Notes under the pieces: model-generated | The model's input: the letters and a program-made list of their open reading frames with translations, nothing else | Databases searched by the model: none | Told to the model about the DNA's origin: nothing | Part shown: piece by piece, positions 10,986 through 22,593 of the stretch | How positions within the stretch are numbered: the first letter of the stretch is position 1 | Layout of the letters: each line of letters opens with the position of its first letter | Translations under genes and position numbers: made by a program | Assembly (NCBI GenBank): GCA_010909165.1 | Contig: MU008158.1 | Coordinates: 2,505,478 to 2,569,477 of the forward strand | DNA: 64,000 bases | Reading direction: 5' to 3' | Source: Anthoceros angustus | Taxonomy: Eukaryota; Plantae; Anthocerotophyta

Positions 10986-13715
10986 TAGTTATTTCACTCC
11001 CGTCGTAACCTTGTGGTGACGGGTGGAGGAGGAAGAGTGGGGCGGAGATCATCCAGTGACCACATTATTCCCTTCCCCTTTGCGGGCGGACATTATAACC
11101 ACAATGGCAATAAACATCGCCCATTCGTCTATTATGATCCTTGCAAGTACATGGCCCGCATACAATATGCCATGACAAAAGGACAAGTGGTAGGTCACAA
11201 ACTATGATGTATCCTACTTCGAAACCCACTTGACTTGGTTGCCTTCATCCAAGTGAAGATACCGCTAATGTCGACACTGTGTGCGCCATTGCCAATAAGT
11301 GATGGTGACGGTAGCATTTGGCAGGCCATGTCCCCGTGATGTAAGGAAGACCGTGATCATCATTTCCTAGCACACAGGCATGGCACTTGTCGACTCTTCT
11401 TTGACCAGCCTAAGAGAGATGCGAACCGGTAGTAGATCGCAAATAAGATCCTGCCATGCAACTGCGTGGCCAGAGCATAATGTCTCGGAGGCGGTGCGGT
11501 ATTCGCCACCATCAACTAGGAGACATGGCGGTGGATGACACATGGCTGAAATTGTGAAAAGCGCAATGACGACAACCCTCACGCCACGGGAAGGCGGACG
11601 TTTGTGGCCTTTTTTCATATCACGCGAGAGCACCGGCATTGGAATCCGCCACTCTATGCCCGCACTAACCGACCGCCATCCTCATTGCAACTTGCAATAG
11701 TGGTCATTCATGGAAATCGATAGCCGGAAAGCCCGCCATGCGTTTTCCTTTACAGACAGTCGACATGAAAGATTCCCTGGTTCCTCCATTCGCCATGACG
11801 CAAGTGGTTTACGGCCCTCATCTGCATGCACGGTTTAAATGACCTTGCCGGGCCTCCGCTTCATGGTTGTGGCGATCTGTTGCTCCTCCAAGCGGTCGCC
11901 TTGTGGAATAGTCGAGGAGGCTGCACCACTCCCAACCCTTGCCCTCTCCTCCTCTCTTCATCCGTCGCAATTGCCATGGGCATGTGTAGGAAACCAACTG
12001 CTTGAGGGCGCCTCGGATCGGAACCGAGAACCACCATTGGTTTGTTGTTCTCTCCATCTCCGGTGCACACCGCCCCTCGCCGATGGCCATCAAGGACCCC
12101 AAGCGCGGCTGGAGGCGTTGACTCGCCCATCTTAGTGGGGCGGTGTCTTACGTGTGCATGCAATGGAATCCGCCATTGGGGTGGCAATGTGGAAGTCTCC
12201 GTGGTCACGGAGCGGCATGGTATCCAACCTCATGTGGCATGGAAGGTGTCGGGCACAAATCGCTTGTGAAACCTCGTTTCACAAGCCGTGACTGTGTGGC
12301 GATCATTTCTTTGAACCTCGTGGATGTTTGGATTTCTCTTTATATGTTGCCTGAAACGTTCATTTCCTCACCTTCGATGTTGCTTGCAACATTGCAGGAT
12401 TGTGTGGATATTGCTGCGTCACACGGCCGCGAACTGACGATGGCCATCGAGGAAGAGGGCTGCAGTTCCCTGTTCACGGCGATGGCCATCGACAGCGATG
12501 GACGGGAGGTTGCTCTCCTGTCCACGGCCACGAAGGACGAGGCAGGCTTGGCCGTCGGCCCCTGGCTTTTGCCGTCTCTTGGGCATGACAGTCGTCGTGT
12601 TCGGGGGGCCAGGTTATACCTCACATTCTGGGGTATACTTTCACCATTCTTAAAGGCGGCGTTGGGAAATGTGATTCCTCCATTTGTACCACGTGTACTA
12701 CTCATCAACACCTGAAATAAAAGTCGATGACTGTCATGTCCACTTGGCGGAATGGATGGATAGGGTTGGTGCCCATCCATACCGTGGAGCGGACATGACA
12801 TGTCACCGCCACCCACGTCACTTATGTTTGACGCGTGTCAATCGTGCACCGTGTGCCGATGGATGTAATATGGATTCACAAACTTTGGGATCCTTTACCA
12901 TCGCGTTGCCCTCCTCCGGATAGTGGCCGCTGCAGCCGGCAAACTATACAAGTGTCTGGCCTCCAAACCGTGATGGATCGAGGTGGAAGCAGGCGGGGAC
13001 TTTCGCAAGCCTCGAAGTTGAAGGCGAAAGGGAGGTTGAGAGGGAAGGGAAGGCAGACACAACACTCCCCGCCTTCACCATCGTCTGAAGGGAGGCTGGG
13101 AGGATTCCCAGCTTTGGACAGGCGCCGTCGTCCCCACGTGGCCTTGAACAATTTCCCAATGGGAGGAAGAGGCAAGTCGCATCCGGAGCTACACTTTTGC
13201 AGCCACGATCCAGGAGGATTTCTTTGCAGAACTTGAGTCGATTGTTTGGATAGAACAAAGCTGCCGTTGTGGGGCTTCACATCGAGCCGCCACTATGGTG
13301 AAGCTACACACACCACAAGAATGGACTTGGGGGCGGCGGAAGAGACGGCATGGAACACTGTCGCCACCGGGTGCCTTGCCCTTTCCAATGCACGCAACAT
13401 GGGAGTTGTATAGAGACTTTGAGAGCATGAGCTCAACACTATCCTCGCTATGGGAGTGCAAATCAAAGGTGGCTGCGGCAAGGATGGGCGCGCCTCGTCT
13501 TGATCATCTTCCTTCCTTTCAATGCAACCGCTTCCGTCGGGTTTGAATGTAAAATTGTGAAGGAGGTGGGGCATCTGTTTTTGAACACATGTTTGCAAGT
13601 GCAATGACTCACAACCATGTAGATGTAGAGCGATGGCCGCCTGTCTTTGCGCCAGCTGTCCCGATCGCTCATCTCCTCGAGGCGATCGTCTAATGGATAG
13701 ACGACTCCGCTCTTC

Positions 13716-14848
13716 TTACGACTTCCTCCGCCTCCGTAGGTGGAGTAGGGGTAGAGGAACCGGTGCGCTCCACCTCCGCCGCCTCGGGAGGTGGGGCATC
13801 TGTTTTAGCCTCTTGCAGCTCTCCTCGGTGGGCGTGGCTCCGCTCTTGTGGTGGGTTCTTTGGTGGGCGCCACCGGGCCTCCCTCCCTCAGGGTGCTCCG
13901 TCCGCGCGGGGATCTCCGCTCGAACTGTATGAGGAGGGAGGGAATATCCTCCCATACCTCCCGGGCGACGAGGGGTCCGTCTCGAATGGAATGAATCCTC
14001 CTTCCCAATCATCTCCCGGGCCCGTTTGGCCTTAGGAAGTCGGGCCTCCGCCTCCACCTCCGCCTCCACCTCCGCCTCCGCCGCCGCCGCCGCCTCGGGA
14101 GCGCCTCCTCCTCTCCCTCTTTCAGGAGGTTGAAGTGTCCCCATACATGGATGAGGAAGGGCGATAGTGCTGACGGAGGCGGATTCTCGCTCCGTAGCTT
14201 CCTGGCCTCCTAGTTGATTCGGGCGAGGATGATACACCCCCAGTCGGCCCTTTTCCCTCGCTGTAGGGCATGCAGGAACACCAGAAGATTGTCCCCAAGG
14301 TGATCCACCTTGGTGAGCATGTTCCAGTGGACAATGACCTTGGCAACGCCTCACCCGTCAGGTCCGTCATCAACCAGCCGTTGAATTGGCCGTGTGTCCC
14401 AGCCTCAACATTGCCGCCGCCGCCTCCACCTTTCTTCTCTCACCTTGAGGCTCCTAACTACGCCCAATTTCTTCCACCGAGCGGTAAAGCGCCTCGGGAC
14501 CTCCACGCTCCACCTCCTGGGGTCCTCCCTCAGGCTCTTGGAGTGAACCTCCTTGTTGGCGACTGCCAACATCTTCCTGGCGTACTCCCGGATGAGAGCG
14601 ACGCTGTCAAACGTCCAGACCGCGCTGAAAATATCCAAGTCCCATTGTTCCACGAGCTCCTCCGCCTCCTCCAGCCAGGGCCCGAAGTCGGGGTACCGGT
14701 TGGTGACGATGTTGCGCTCCACCAAGCGCCAGGGCTCCCACACCTCCGCCGCCTTCTCAGGTCCCATTGCCGTGCTCTTCTCGCTCCGCTGTTGACGATT
14801 GTGTCGCAACACTCCGCTGCCCCTCTGTCGCCGCGTTGGCCGCTCCAA
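13716..14848 (-). pseudogene. Disrupted TE-associated ORF (DWG...SPFLxHxW family), homologous to 51417-54599
   Basis: ORF 14405-14848 continues through frameshifts into GQFNGWLMTDL and then VIVHWNMLTKVDHLGDNLLVFLHALQRGKRADWGCIILARIN*EARKLRSENPPPSALSPFLIHVWGHFNLLKEGEEE (my translation of 14338-14104, one in-frame stop), followed by low-complexity sequence. Confidence 0.6.
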
Positions 14849-14933
14849 CCACGAAGGTGAGCTGCCATGAGTGCCCCTCGAAAGATAGCACCAGAGGGTC
14901 TGAGGCCCCGAAGCCGTAAACCGTCGAGGTCAC

Positions 14934-16948
14934 GAGGAAGAATGGCCTTCGGGAGGGTGTCTCTTCGCTGCCTGCAATCGCCGAGGCTGCATAGCTTACT
15001 CACGGCCTTACGCCTCCTTACTCGCCTTACGCCCGCCTTACGCCCGCCTTACTCGCCTTACGCCTCCGCCTCCGCCTCCTAGTTGATTCGAGGATGATAC
15101 ACCCTATAACGACCCACTGCGTGGTCGTGTGATGCCCATCCACCTCTCAAGCACCTTCCACGTGGCCCCTCGCCTAAAATCGCTCCGAGGCTCCTAAGTT
15201 ACTTTACAATGTATTGAATCCGTCCGGCCTGAGTATAGTCCGGACTTACCTTTGCACTCGGGAGGTGGTCCGGCCCCTCCAGTGTAGTCAGTAGCTCCTC
15301 CCGAGTGCCGGAGTTCATACACTGTCTACTCCGAGTGCAATCCGGAGTATTCCGGACTTATTTCTTCCTTTCCGCCTTATTTTCTACTTCCCCTCACGAA
15401 AAACAAAACGACTCATTTCCTACCCAAAGGGGGAGTCCGTAGTCTGTCAGCTCGGTGATCTAGCTAGATGTTATGCTCCTCACACATTTTGTCCACAGTG
15501 TGTCCTCACACCTCTACCGCCACTACCCTTCCACCTCTACACATTATATCACTAATGTCTACCACCACTTCTGGCCCATCTATCTAAGCTAGATTATCTA
15601 TTTGAAGATACGTTTGCTTGCAAGTGCTCATGTGAGGAAAATCGCGTCTCAGTCCAGTCCACTTCCACATAGCGGACGGTGTGGCATGATGAGTAGGATC
15701 CTTAACCTGTTGCCCATGTTCAAAATCTTAAAATGGTTTGATATTGCATGGGCGAGCCCATTCCTAGGTTCAGAAAACATCATGACAAATGGTTGCTCAC
15801 TAAGACGATGCCCCGTCCCAAGTAGTCTCCAAATACATAGCAATTTTATAATATTTTAATGATTATTTAAATTTTAATCTCAGGTAATTATAATTTATTT
15901 CTATATCCTGTAAAATTTTAGATACTTTGGAGGAAGAATGGCCTTCGGGAGGGTGTCTCTTCGCTGCCGTAATCGCCGAGGCCCGATAGCTTACCTGCCT
16001 TACGCCTCCTTACTCGCCTTACGCGCCGCTGCCAGCCTACAGCCTTGCCTCAGCGTCTGCCTGGCTGGAGCGTTATGCGGGCGTGAATACACCCTATAAC
16101 GACCCACTGCGTGGTCGTGTGATGCCCATCCACCTCTCAGTACCTTCCACGTGGCCCCCTCTGCCTAAAATACGCTCCGACTCCTAAGTTACTTTGCAGC
16201 GATTAATCCGTCCGGCCTGAGTATAGTCCGGACTTACCCAGCACTCGGGAGGTGGTCCGGCCCTCCTCAGTGTAGTCAGGCTCCTCCCGAGTGTGAGCCA
16301 GTCTCCTTTCTACTCCGAGTGCAATCCGGAGTATTCCGGACTTATTTCTTCCTTTCCGCCTTATTTTCTACTTCCCCCTACGAAAAAACAAAACCTGACT
16401 CATTTCCTACCCAAAGGGGGGAGTCCGTAGTCCACATCTGGCTCGAGAGCTGATCTAGCTAGATGTTATGCTCCTCACAACACATTTTGTCCACAGTATG
16501 TCCTCACACCTCTACCTGCCACTACCCTTCCACCTCTACACATTATATCACTAATGTCTACCACCACTTCCTGGCCCATCTATCTAAGCTAGATTATCTA
16601 TTTGAAGATACGTTTGCTTGCAAGTGCTCATGTGAGGAAAATCCACAGCGTCTCCAATCGAGTCCACTTCCACATAGCGGACGGTGTGGCATGATGAGTA
16701 GGATCCTTAACTTACCTGTTGCCCATGTTCAAAATCTTAAAAAATGGTTTGATATTGCATGGGCGAGCCCATTCCCTAGGTTCGTAAAAACATCATGACA
16801 AATGGTTGCTCACTAAGACGATGCCCCGTCCCAAGTAGTCTCCAAATACATAACTTAATTTTATAATATTTTAATGATTATTTAAATTTTAATCTCAGGT
16901 AATTATAATTTATTTCTATATCCTGTAAAAATTTTAGATACTTTGGAG
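14934..16948. repeat. Head-to-tail tandem duplication, ~1.0-kb unit (14934-15929 / 15930-16945)
   Basis: The copies are colinear. The junction has short microhomology GAG (GAGGAAGAA versus GAGAAGAA). The unit spans a GC-rich TE part, a polypurine run (AAAGGGGGAG at 15426) and AT-rich flank. Confidence 0.92.
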
Positions 16949-17851
16949 AAGAAATAAATTAGAAAAAATGTGATGACAAAATAACAGCGTCTCGGCCGTT
17001 TCTCACTAATGTGAGCACCAAACCATGCTCCATTGTATGAGTAATCAGGGTTCTACAGAATATTGTGTATAGTAAAATATGAATAAAAAAGCGTAAGGTA
17101 CAGCTACCTTTATAATAATGTGAAAAGTAGCTAGTGGGTGGAATGAGCGGGGATTTGTTAACGGATGGGATTGTCGAGATCTGCATCGAGGTGGGAGTAG
17201 GTAGAGTATTGGATGTTATCGCAGATAGGGATGAGTATGGCACGAGGCAATGGCTGGCAGAAGTTGAAGTTGAGGCGAGACGTTTCACACTAGCAGGGCA
17301 GCTGCGGAAGAAGCCACCATACATAAATGCTGCTGAAAGGAATGATGATGCTGGGAAGGCGCTGGCGCAGGGCGTGGGCCCCCCTGGGGCCTGGAGCCTG
17401 GAGCCTTGGCCCTGCCTGTCCGTCTGCCGGGCCGGGCCGGGCGGGGCCTGGCCCCGGTCCGTACGCAGCAGGCCGCAGGCTCCAGTAGATCGAACCACGT
17501 TCATGGCGCTGGCGTGGTAGCCTCTGGATTAACGCGCTCTCTTGACTGCGGCGTCATCCGCCGTAAGTACGCTGCCGTGTATTGCGGAAGCCGCGTTCTT
17601 TGACGTCGTCCGGAAGACTACTGTGCACCCCTTGACTGCACAAAGCAGCAAGCAGCCTAAATGGGTGCATAAAGGTGGGTTATGCGACAAAGCCCGCTCG
17701 CTTTAGCGGCCTGTTCATTCTTTCTTTGCGTTGCTTTCATAGCGAAGCGGGCAGTCGTTGTCTGGGCGGTCCGATTCTTCCTTTTGCCTCTGGGCCTGGC
17801 CCGGGGCCCGGGCTGGCAAATGCCTGGGAATTTGGGAAACCGAAGCGATCC

Positions 17852-17872
17852 GAGAGAGAGAGAGAGAGAGAG
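17852..17872. repeat. (GA)n microsatellite upstream of the kinase gene
   Basis: Run of gagagagagagagagagagag. Other short repeats nearby are (GGCACTG)n at ~17959 and (GACAC)n at ~18254. Confidence 0.85.
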
Positions 17873-19345
17873 CGAAGGTGGTGGATATTACGGTGCGCTG
17901 GGCTGGGGCTGCATTGCACTTCACCTTTTGTACTTTTTATCTACCCTCGCAACGGCACGGCACTGGGCACTGGGCACTGGGCACTGGGCGCTGTCTTTGC
18001 TGCCGCGTGGCGAAACTGGCGTAACGCAGCCCCAGCCCCCCGGCCTGGGAGGGACGGAATCTTTGGCGGCGAAACCGGCCTCTCTTTCCGTGAGCCCGTG
18101 ACAGGAGAGGAGAGACTGCCTCCCCCAGCAGCGCCATCGCCTGCTCCGTCAAGGTCTGCTAAAGTGTGCCACAGCAGCGCTATCGTCTAAATAGATCACC
18201 TGCCTTTGCTACTAGGGGGTGCCGGGGTGAGCTCGCTCCTCCAGGATTGAGACGACACGACACGACACGACACGAGACGCAACTTCGTCTGGTCTCGGAC
18301 CTGTCTGGACACAGCAGCGGGCCGCCTGGAGTCCTGGACCTGTAGCCTGTGCTGTGCACGCAGACCCTTGCACTGCAGAGGAGAGTAGCAAAGAGCAGTG
18401 GGCGAGCCGTGCACAAGAGTGAAACAGGTTTTTGTGGGAGTTTGTTTGTGATAAGAGTGGGCTCTCTCTTTCTGCCTTGTTCTGCGTTCCCTCCCGCCTG
18501 CCACTGTCCGGGGGGCTCCCCAACCCAACCCAACCCGAGCCCGCCTCTTGTCTCTTGTCCCTGTCCCGCCCTGTCTGCGGCTCTGCGCGGCTCCAGCTCC
18601 TGGCTTCTGATCGAAGGCACGGCAGGCCTCTGTACCGGCTGCTGCAGCCGCCTCGGAGCACGGCATCTCGCCGCCCGCCGGCCCCGGATCTTCACAATTG
18701 TGCCTGTGCCGCCGCATCCGCTACGGCCTGGCCTGGCCTGCTGCCTGCTGAGACAGCGTGTGCGAGCGGGTTTGGCTGCCTGGCTGCGCCAATTGCTGCC
18801 GGGAGGGGGGGCTTTGTGGGTGCCAGTGTCCCGTCCGATGTTCAGGGAGCTGAGGTTGGGCGCTCTGGTGGGCGGTAGTGGAATCGCGGCTTTGCCGCTG
18901 CCGCGGCGGAGAGTGTCGTGGTGAGAGTGGTGGGCGGTGACGCTTCCGCGGGAGACCGGGATGAGCTTGTCTTGCACCAGGCGGTTGCGGAGGAAGCCGG
19001 CGGCAGCGCTGGCAGGGGAGGTCCTTGTGCTGGTTCAGGAGGAGAAATCTGAGGGGACGGAAGCTCGGAGCTCGAGATTTGGATGCCGAAATGTGCGCTC
19101 GCCTGCCGCGTGCCTGGACTGAGCCGCAACTCGCCACTGCTGCTTCTGCTTCGTTGTCACTGGGTTCCATGCCACGGACGTAGATCGCATCCGCTTCTGG
19201 CACAGCCGGGTAGAAGAGGAAAGGGAGGCGGATGAGTGATAGGAAGGCGCGCCGGAAATTGGTGGAGTTTGTGGAGACCGCAACCTGTTTGGGGGAGAAG
19301 GTGCGGCTGACTACCAGCAGGAAGTGCCGGCGGTGGCTCACCACA

Positions 19346-20671
19346 ATGCGGTGTTTCCTCTTCACACAGTCGCCGGACAGGAGTCACAAATCCGCAGCCG
19401 CGCACTCTAGGAGCAAGACTTCTTCGTTGGGTGCTTCTTTCAGTACGGGTTCCACTACCGATGTCTCCAGCGTCAAGTCCTTCAAGTCGGGCTTCAGCTT
19501 CTACCACCGCTCCAGCCACTCCGAGCCCAGTATCGAGTTCCGGGAGCCGCGGCAATCGTCTGTCTTGTCTGAGAAGGCGGATGATCTGAGATCCTTCACC
19601 TTCTCGGAGCTGAGGACTGCCACCTCGGACTTCTTCAAGGGCAACTTGTTAGGAGAGGGCGGGTTCGGCCGGGTGTACAAGGGGTCACTTAAGCTCAGCA
19701 GGTACGATGATGAGGACAAGATGGAGGTTGCGGTGAAGCAACTCAACAGGAAGGGGCTGCAGGGGCACAAGGAGTGGCTGGCAGAGGTGAACGTGCTGGG
19801 GCTGGTGGAGCATGCACACTTAGTGAGGTTAGTGGGGTACTGTGCAGAGGATGACGACAGAGGGATGCAGAGACTGCTGGTGTACGAGTTCGTGCCCAAC
19901 AAGAGCTTGGAGGACCACCTGTTCCGGAGGTACACCACTCCCCTGTCGTGGAACACGAGAGTGAAGATTGCGCTAGGAGCCGCCCGGGGGCTGGCATACT
20001 TGCACGAGGAGCTGGATGTGCAGATCATCTTTCGGGACTTCAAGGCGTCTAATGTGCTGCTGGACAATGACTTCAATCCCAAGCTCTCGGACTTCGGGCT
20101 TGCTAGGCAAGGTCCTCTTCTGGGTGACAGTCATGTCACCACTACAGTAGTGGGGACCATAGGGTATGCGGCTCCTGAATACATCCAGACTGGACACTTG
20201 ACGTCCAAGAGTGATGTGTGGAGCTTCGGCGTTGTGCTACTGGAAATGCTGACGGGAAGGAGAGCCATGGACAAGAACAGGCCCAAGCCGGAGCAAAGAC
20301 TGATAGAGTGGATCAAGCCGTACATGGCGGACAACAAGAGGTTCTTCCAGATTATGGACCCCAGGTTAGAGGGCAACTTCTCCATGAGAGGAGCTCTAAA
20401 GCTGGCTTCACTTGCTTCGCAGTGCTTGATAAAGAATCCCAAGGCTAGGCCCAAAATGAGTGACCTCGTCGAAGGACTGGAAGTGGTAGTAGAGATGTCC
20501 GCCAGGGACTTTCCTAAACCCATAACCTTCGAGTCATCACCGGAGGGTATGAAGAAAAGGTGCTCATCACCCCCAGAGTCCTTGAAGAAAAGGTCGTCGT
20601 CACCTGGGGATGCCATCATCTTTTTCAGGGATACCATCAAAGGCAGGGAGAATGGGGTTCACATAGCTTAG
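19346..20671 (+). CDS. PCRK: Receptor-like cytoplasmic Ser/Thr kinase, RLCK-VII (PCRK1/2-PBL19/20 subgroup), single coding exon, 441 aa
   Basis: Complete kinase domain: LGEGGFGRVYKG, VAVKQL, QGHKEWLAEV, IIFRDFKASNVLLD, KLSDFGLARQGP, VVGTIGYAAPEY, KSDVWSFG. It carries the subgroup insert GYCAEDDDRGMQRLLVYE. The N-terminus MRCFLF matches the MKCF start of PCRK-type proteins, so ATG 19346 is preferred over the in-frame ATG at 19232. Confidence 0.95.
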   Translation: MRCFLFTQSPDRSHKSAAAHSRSKTSSLGASFSTGSTTDVSSVKSFKSGFSFYHRSSHSEPSIEFREPRQSSVLSEKADDLRSFTFSELRTATSDFFKGNLLGEGGFGRVYKGSLKLSRYDDEDKMEVAVKQLNRKGLQGHKEWLAEVNVLGLVEHAHLVRLVGYCAEDDDRGMQRLLVYEFVPNKSLEDHLFRRYTTPLSWNTRVKIALGAARGLAYLHEELDVQIIFRDFKASNVLLDNDFNPKLSDFGLARQGPLLGDSHVTTTVVGTIGYAAPEYIQTGHLTSKSDVWSFGVVLLEMLTGRRAMDKNRPKPEQRLIEWIKPYMADNKRFFQIMDPRLEGNFSMRGALKLASLASQCLIKNPKARPKMSDLVEGLEVVVEMSARDFPKPITFESSPEGMKKRCSSPPESLKKRSSSPGDAIIFFRDTIKGRENGVHIA

Positions 20672-21856
20672 CCTAGGCCGAGGCAGCTGACGGAAGGTGG
20701 GTCGTTTGCAAGCAGGCTCGAAACCAGCCACAGATGTGAACCAGATTTTGATTGACTTGTCTTAGCTATCTTCTTGTGAATTCGTTCCGCTTGCCCAAGT
20801 TGCTCCTGGGTCTGTATGTTAATCCCAAACCCATTTGCATGGGATGTTTGTGCTGCAGCTTTGCTAGTACCCCAGCTTCATTTTTTTCCCTTCCCCGAGA
20901 TATCTATATGTGTCACCAAGACTCGACTATGTAGGTAGTATACGATGTTCCCATGCCCAGTCCAGGCCACCCCAAACCCACAGAGGTATGTGTATCAGCT
21001 TAGCTCAGGCTATTTTGAACATTCTGTGTACCTATGTACAAGTAAATGGACCACAATGACCCAAGTATGTACTGTATTGTGCATATCTACACGTCTGTCA
21101 CAACAAAGTTCATTGCCGCCAGATCGACTGAGATATTTTATTGCAAACGTTCTTCTGTTTGGTGTCAGACTCTTCAGAATCCAGGGCCAACGACGATGCT
21201 AATAAATACATGCACATACAGATGATGTGCATAGATACCTAGTACCTACATCCAGTATGCACAAGAAGGCAAGTTACGTCGAGGCACATTTGGACGGACG
21301 GAGAGGCGGCAGGTACAGACGGCAAACCGGTGTCAGAGGTGGAGCTGGGCTGATAAAAAAAGATGGGGCTTGTCCAAGATGAAAGGCAGGAAGGTAAAAT
21401 GCAGGAGCTCCAAGCTGCAGGCCTGATGAGGCTGGTTGTCGTACCAAACGGCATCACGAGGACGTAAATGTGGTGCGCGGGTCCCTGCCACGCAGACGTG
21501 TCTAAATAAATGCTGGTACAGAAGTGACAACACCGCTGGCGGAGCGCCCATGAAATGCGCCAACATGGGGGCCCGGTGGCTGGGCCTCCCGCTCAACATG
21601 GTGAAAGAAAGAGGGTTGCACGCAGCACGCAGCACGCAGTTAGCCGCTGCAGGACTGGCTACCTCACTTGGACTGCACTGTGTTACTAAGCTATCCCTTT
21701 TCCTTTCGGTTCCCGCACGCCAAGTGTCTGTTCCGGCCTCCCGGGCTTTGTCACCTTCCCCGCCGGTCGTGACGGCAAACCCTAGCGTCATGTTGAGCTC
21801 ATCGAGCATTCATCGTCCATCGTCCCCGGCATCAAGTGCCAGTTCCTACATACATA

Positions 21857-22593
21857 CAGTCAAACCCCTCTAATTGGGACCCCTATAAATGGGAACCCCC
21901 TTTAAATGGGACGCCCGAGCTTACTCCCTTGAATGTGCTACATGCTAAATGGGAAACCCCTCTAATTTGTAAATGGGAACATGTCTCCCAAACATTCAAT
22001 GCAAGTACACCTCTGTAAAAGGGAAAATACATATTTTTTAAAAAAAATAAAAAAATTGAGGAAATCATCGAGATTACGTATATTCCTATAGAGGACGAAA
22101 TATGGCAAGCATTAATCCCTCCGCCTGTCGATGAGGAGGGTGAGGAGAATGATACAGCGTCAGTGGAGACCAACCATAGCGTCAAGACCGCGTACGACAA
22201 AGGATGCTGTAGATAATGCTATGAGGATAGGGAAGATGTTTTTGGAAGAGATGCTACATAACACTCTTGATGCTTTGAAGTTGCATTCTCAGTTGGAAAA
22301 ACATATTGCTAGTCATTGGATGAAAGCAACTCAGCATCAATCAAGGATTGATGATTATTTTAACGACAAACTAGAATTAGGTTGGCAGCTATGTAGTATG
22401 AGGGAGCATTTTGGATTTTTGGATTTTTGGATTTTTGGAAGCTTTTAAGCTCTTTCGAATTTTTGATTTAAAGGATTTTTTTATTTTTAAATATTTTTAT
22501 TTTCAAAAAAGATGAAAATGCCTAAACGGGAACCCCTCTAAATGGGACGATTTTTGCTACTCCCAATTGTTCCCAATTAGAGGGGTCTGACTG
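21857..22593 (+). mobile_element. Non-autonomous pogo/Tigger-type (Tc1-mariner superfamily) element, 737 bp
   Basis: 23-bp TIRs CAGTCAAACCCCTCTAATTGGGA / TCCCAATTAGAGGGGTCTGACTG (1 mismatch), flanked by TA on both sides. Subterminal AAATGGGA repeats are present. An internal remnant has an acidic stretch and ends QHQSRIDDYF. Confidence 0.92.

Noticed and set aside
15600-15860. Possible Helitron helicase C-terminal fragment (FEHGQ)
   Set aside because: The following YVALSR motif is absent and there is no hairpin/CTRR terminus in a consistent position.
17134-18977. Overlapping GC-rich ORFs upstream of the kinase, including one with QWLAEV resembling the kinase motif
   Set aside because: They contain microsatellites and no other kinase motifs. 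The region fits promoter, 5'UTR or intron sequence.
19501-20640. 193-aa and 169-aa minus-strand ORFs
   Set aside because: They are antisense shadows of the kinase CDS.
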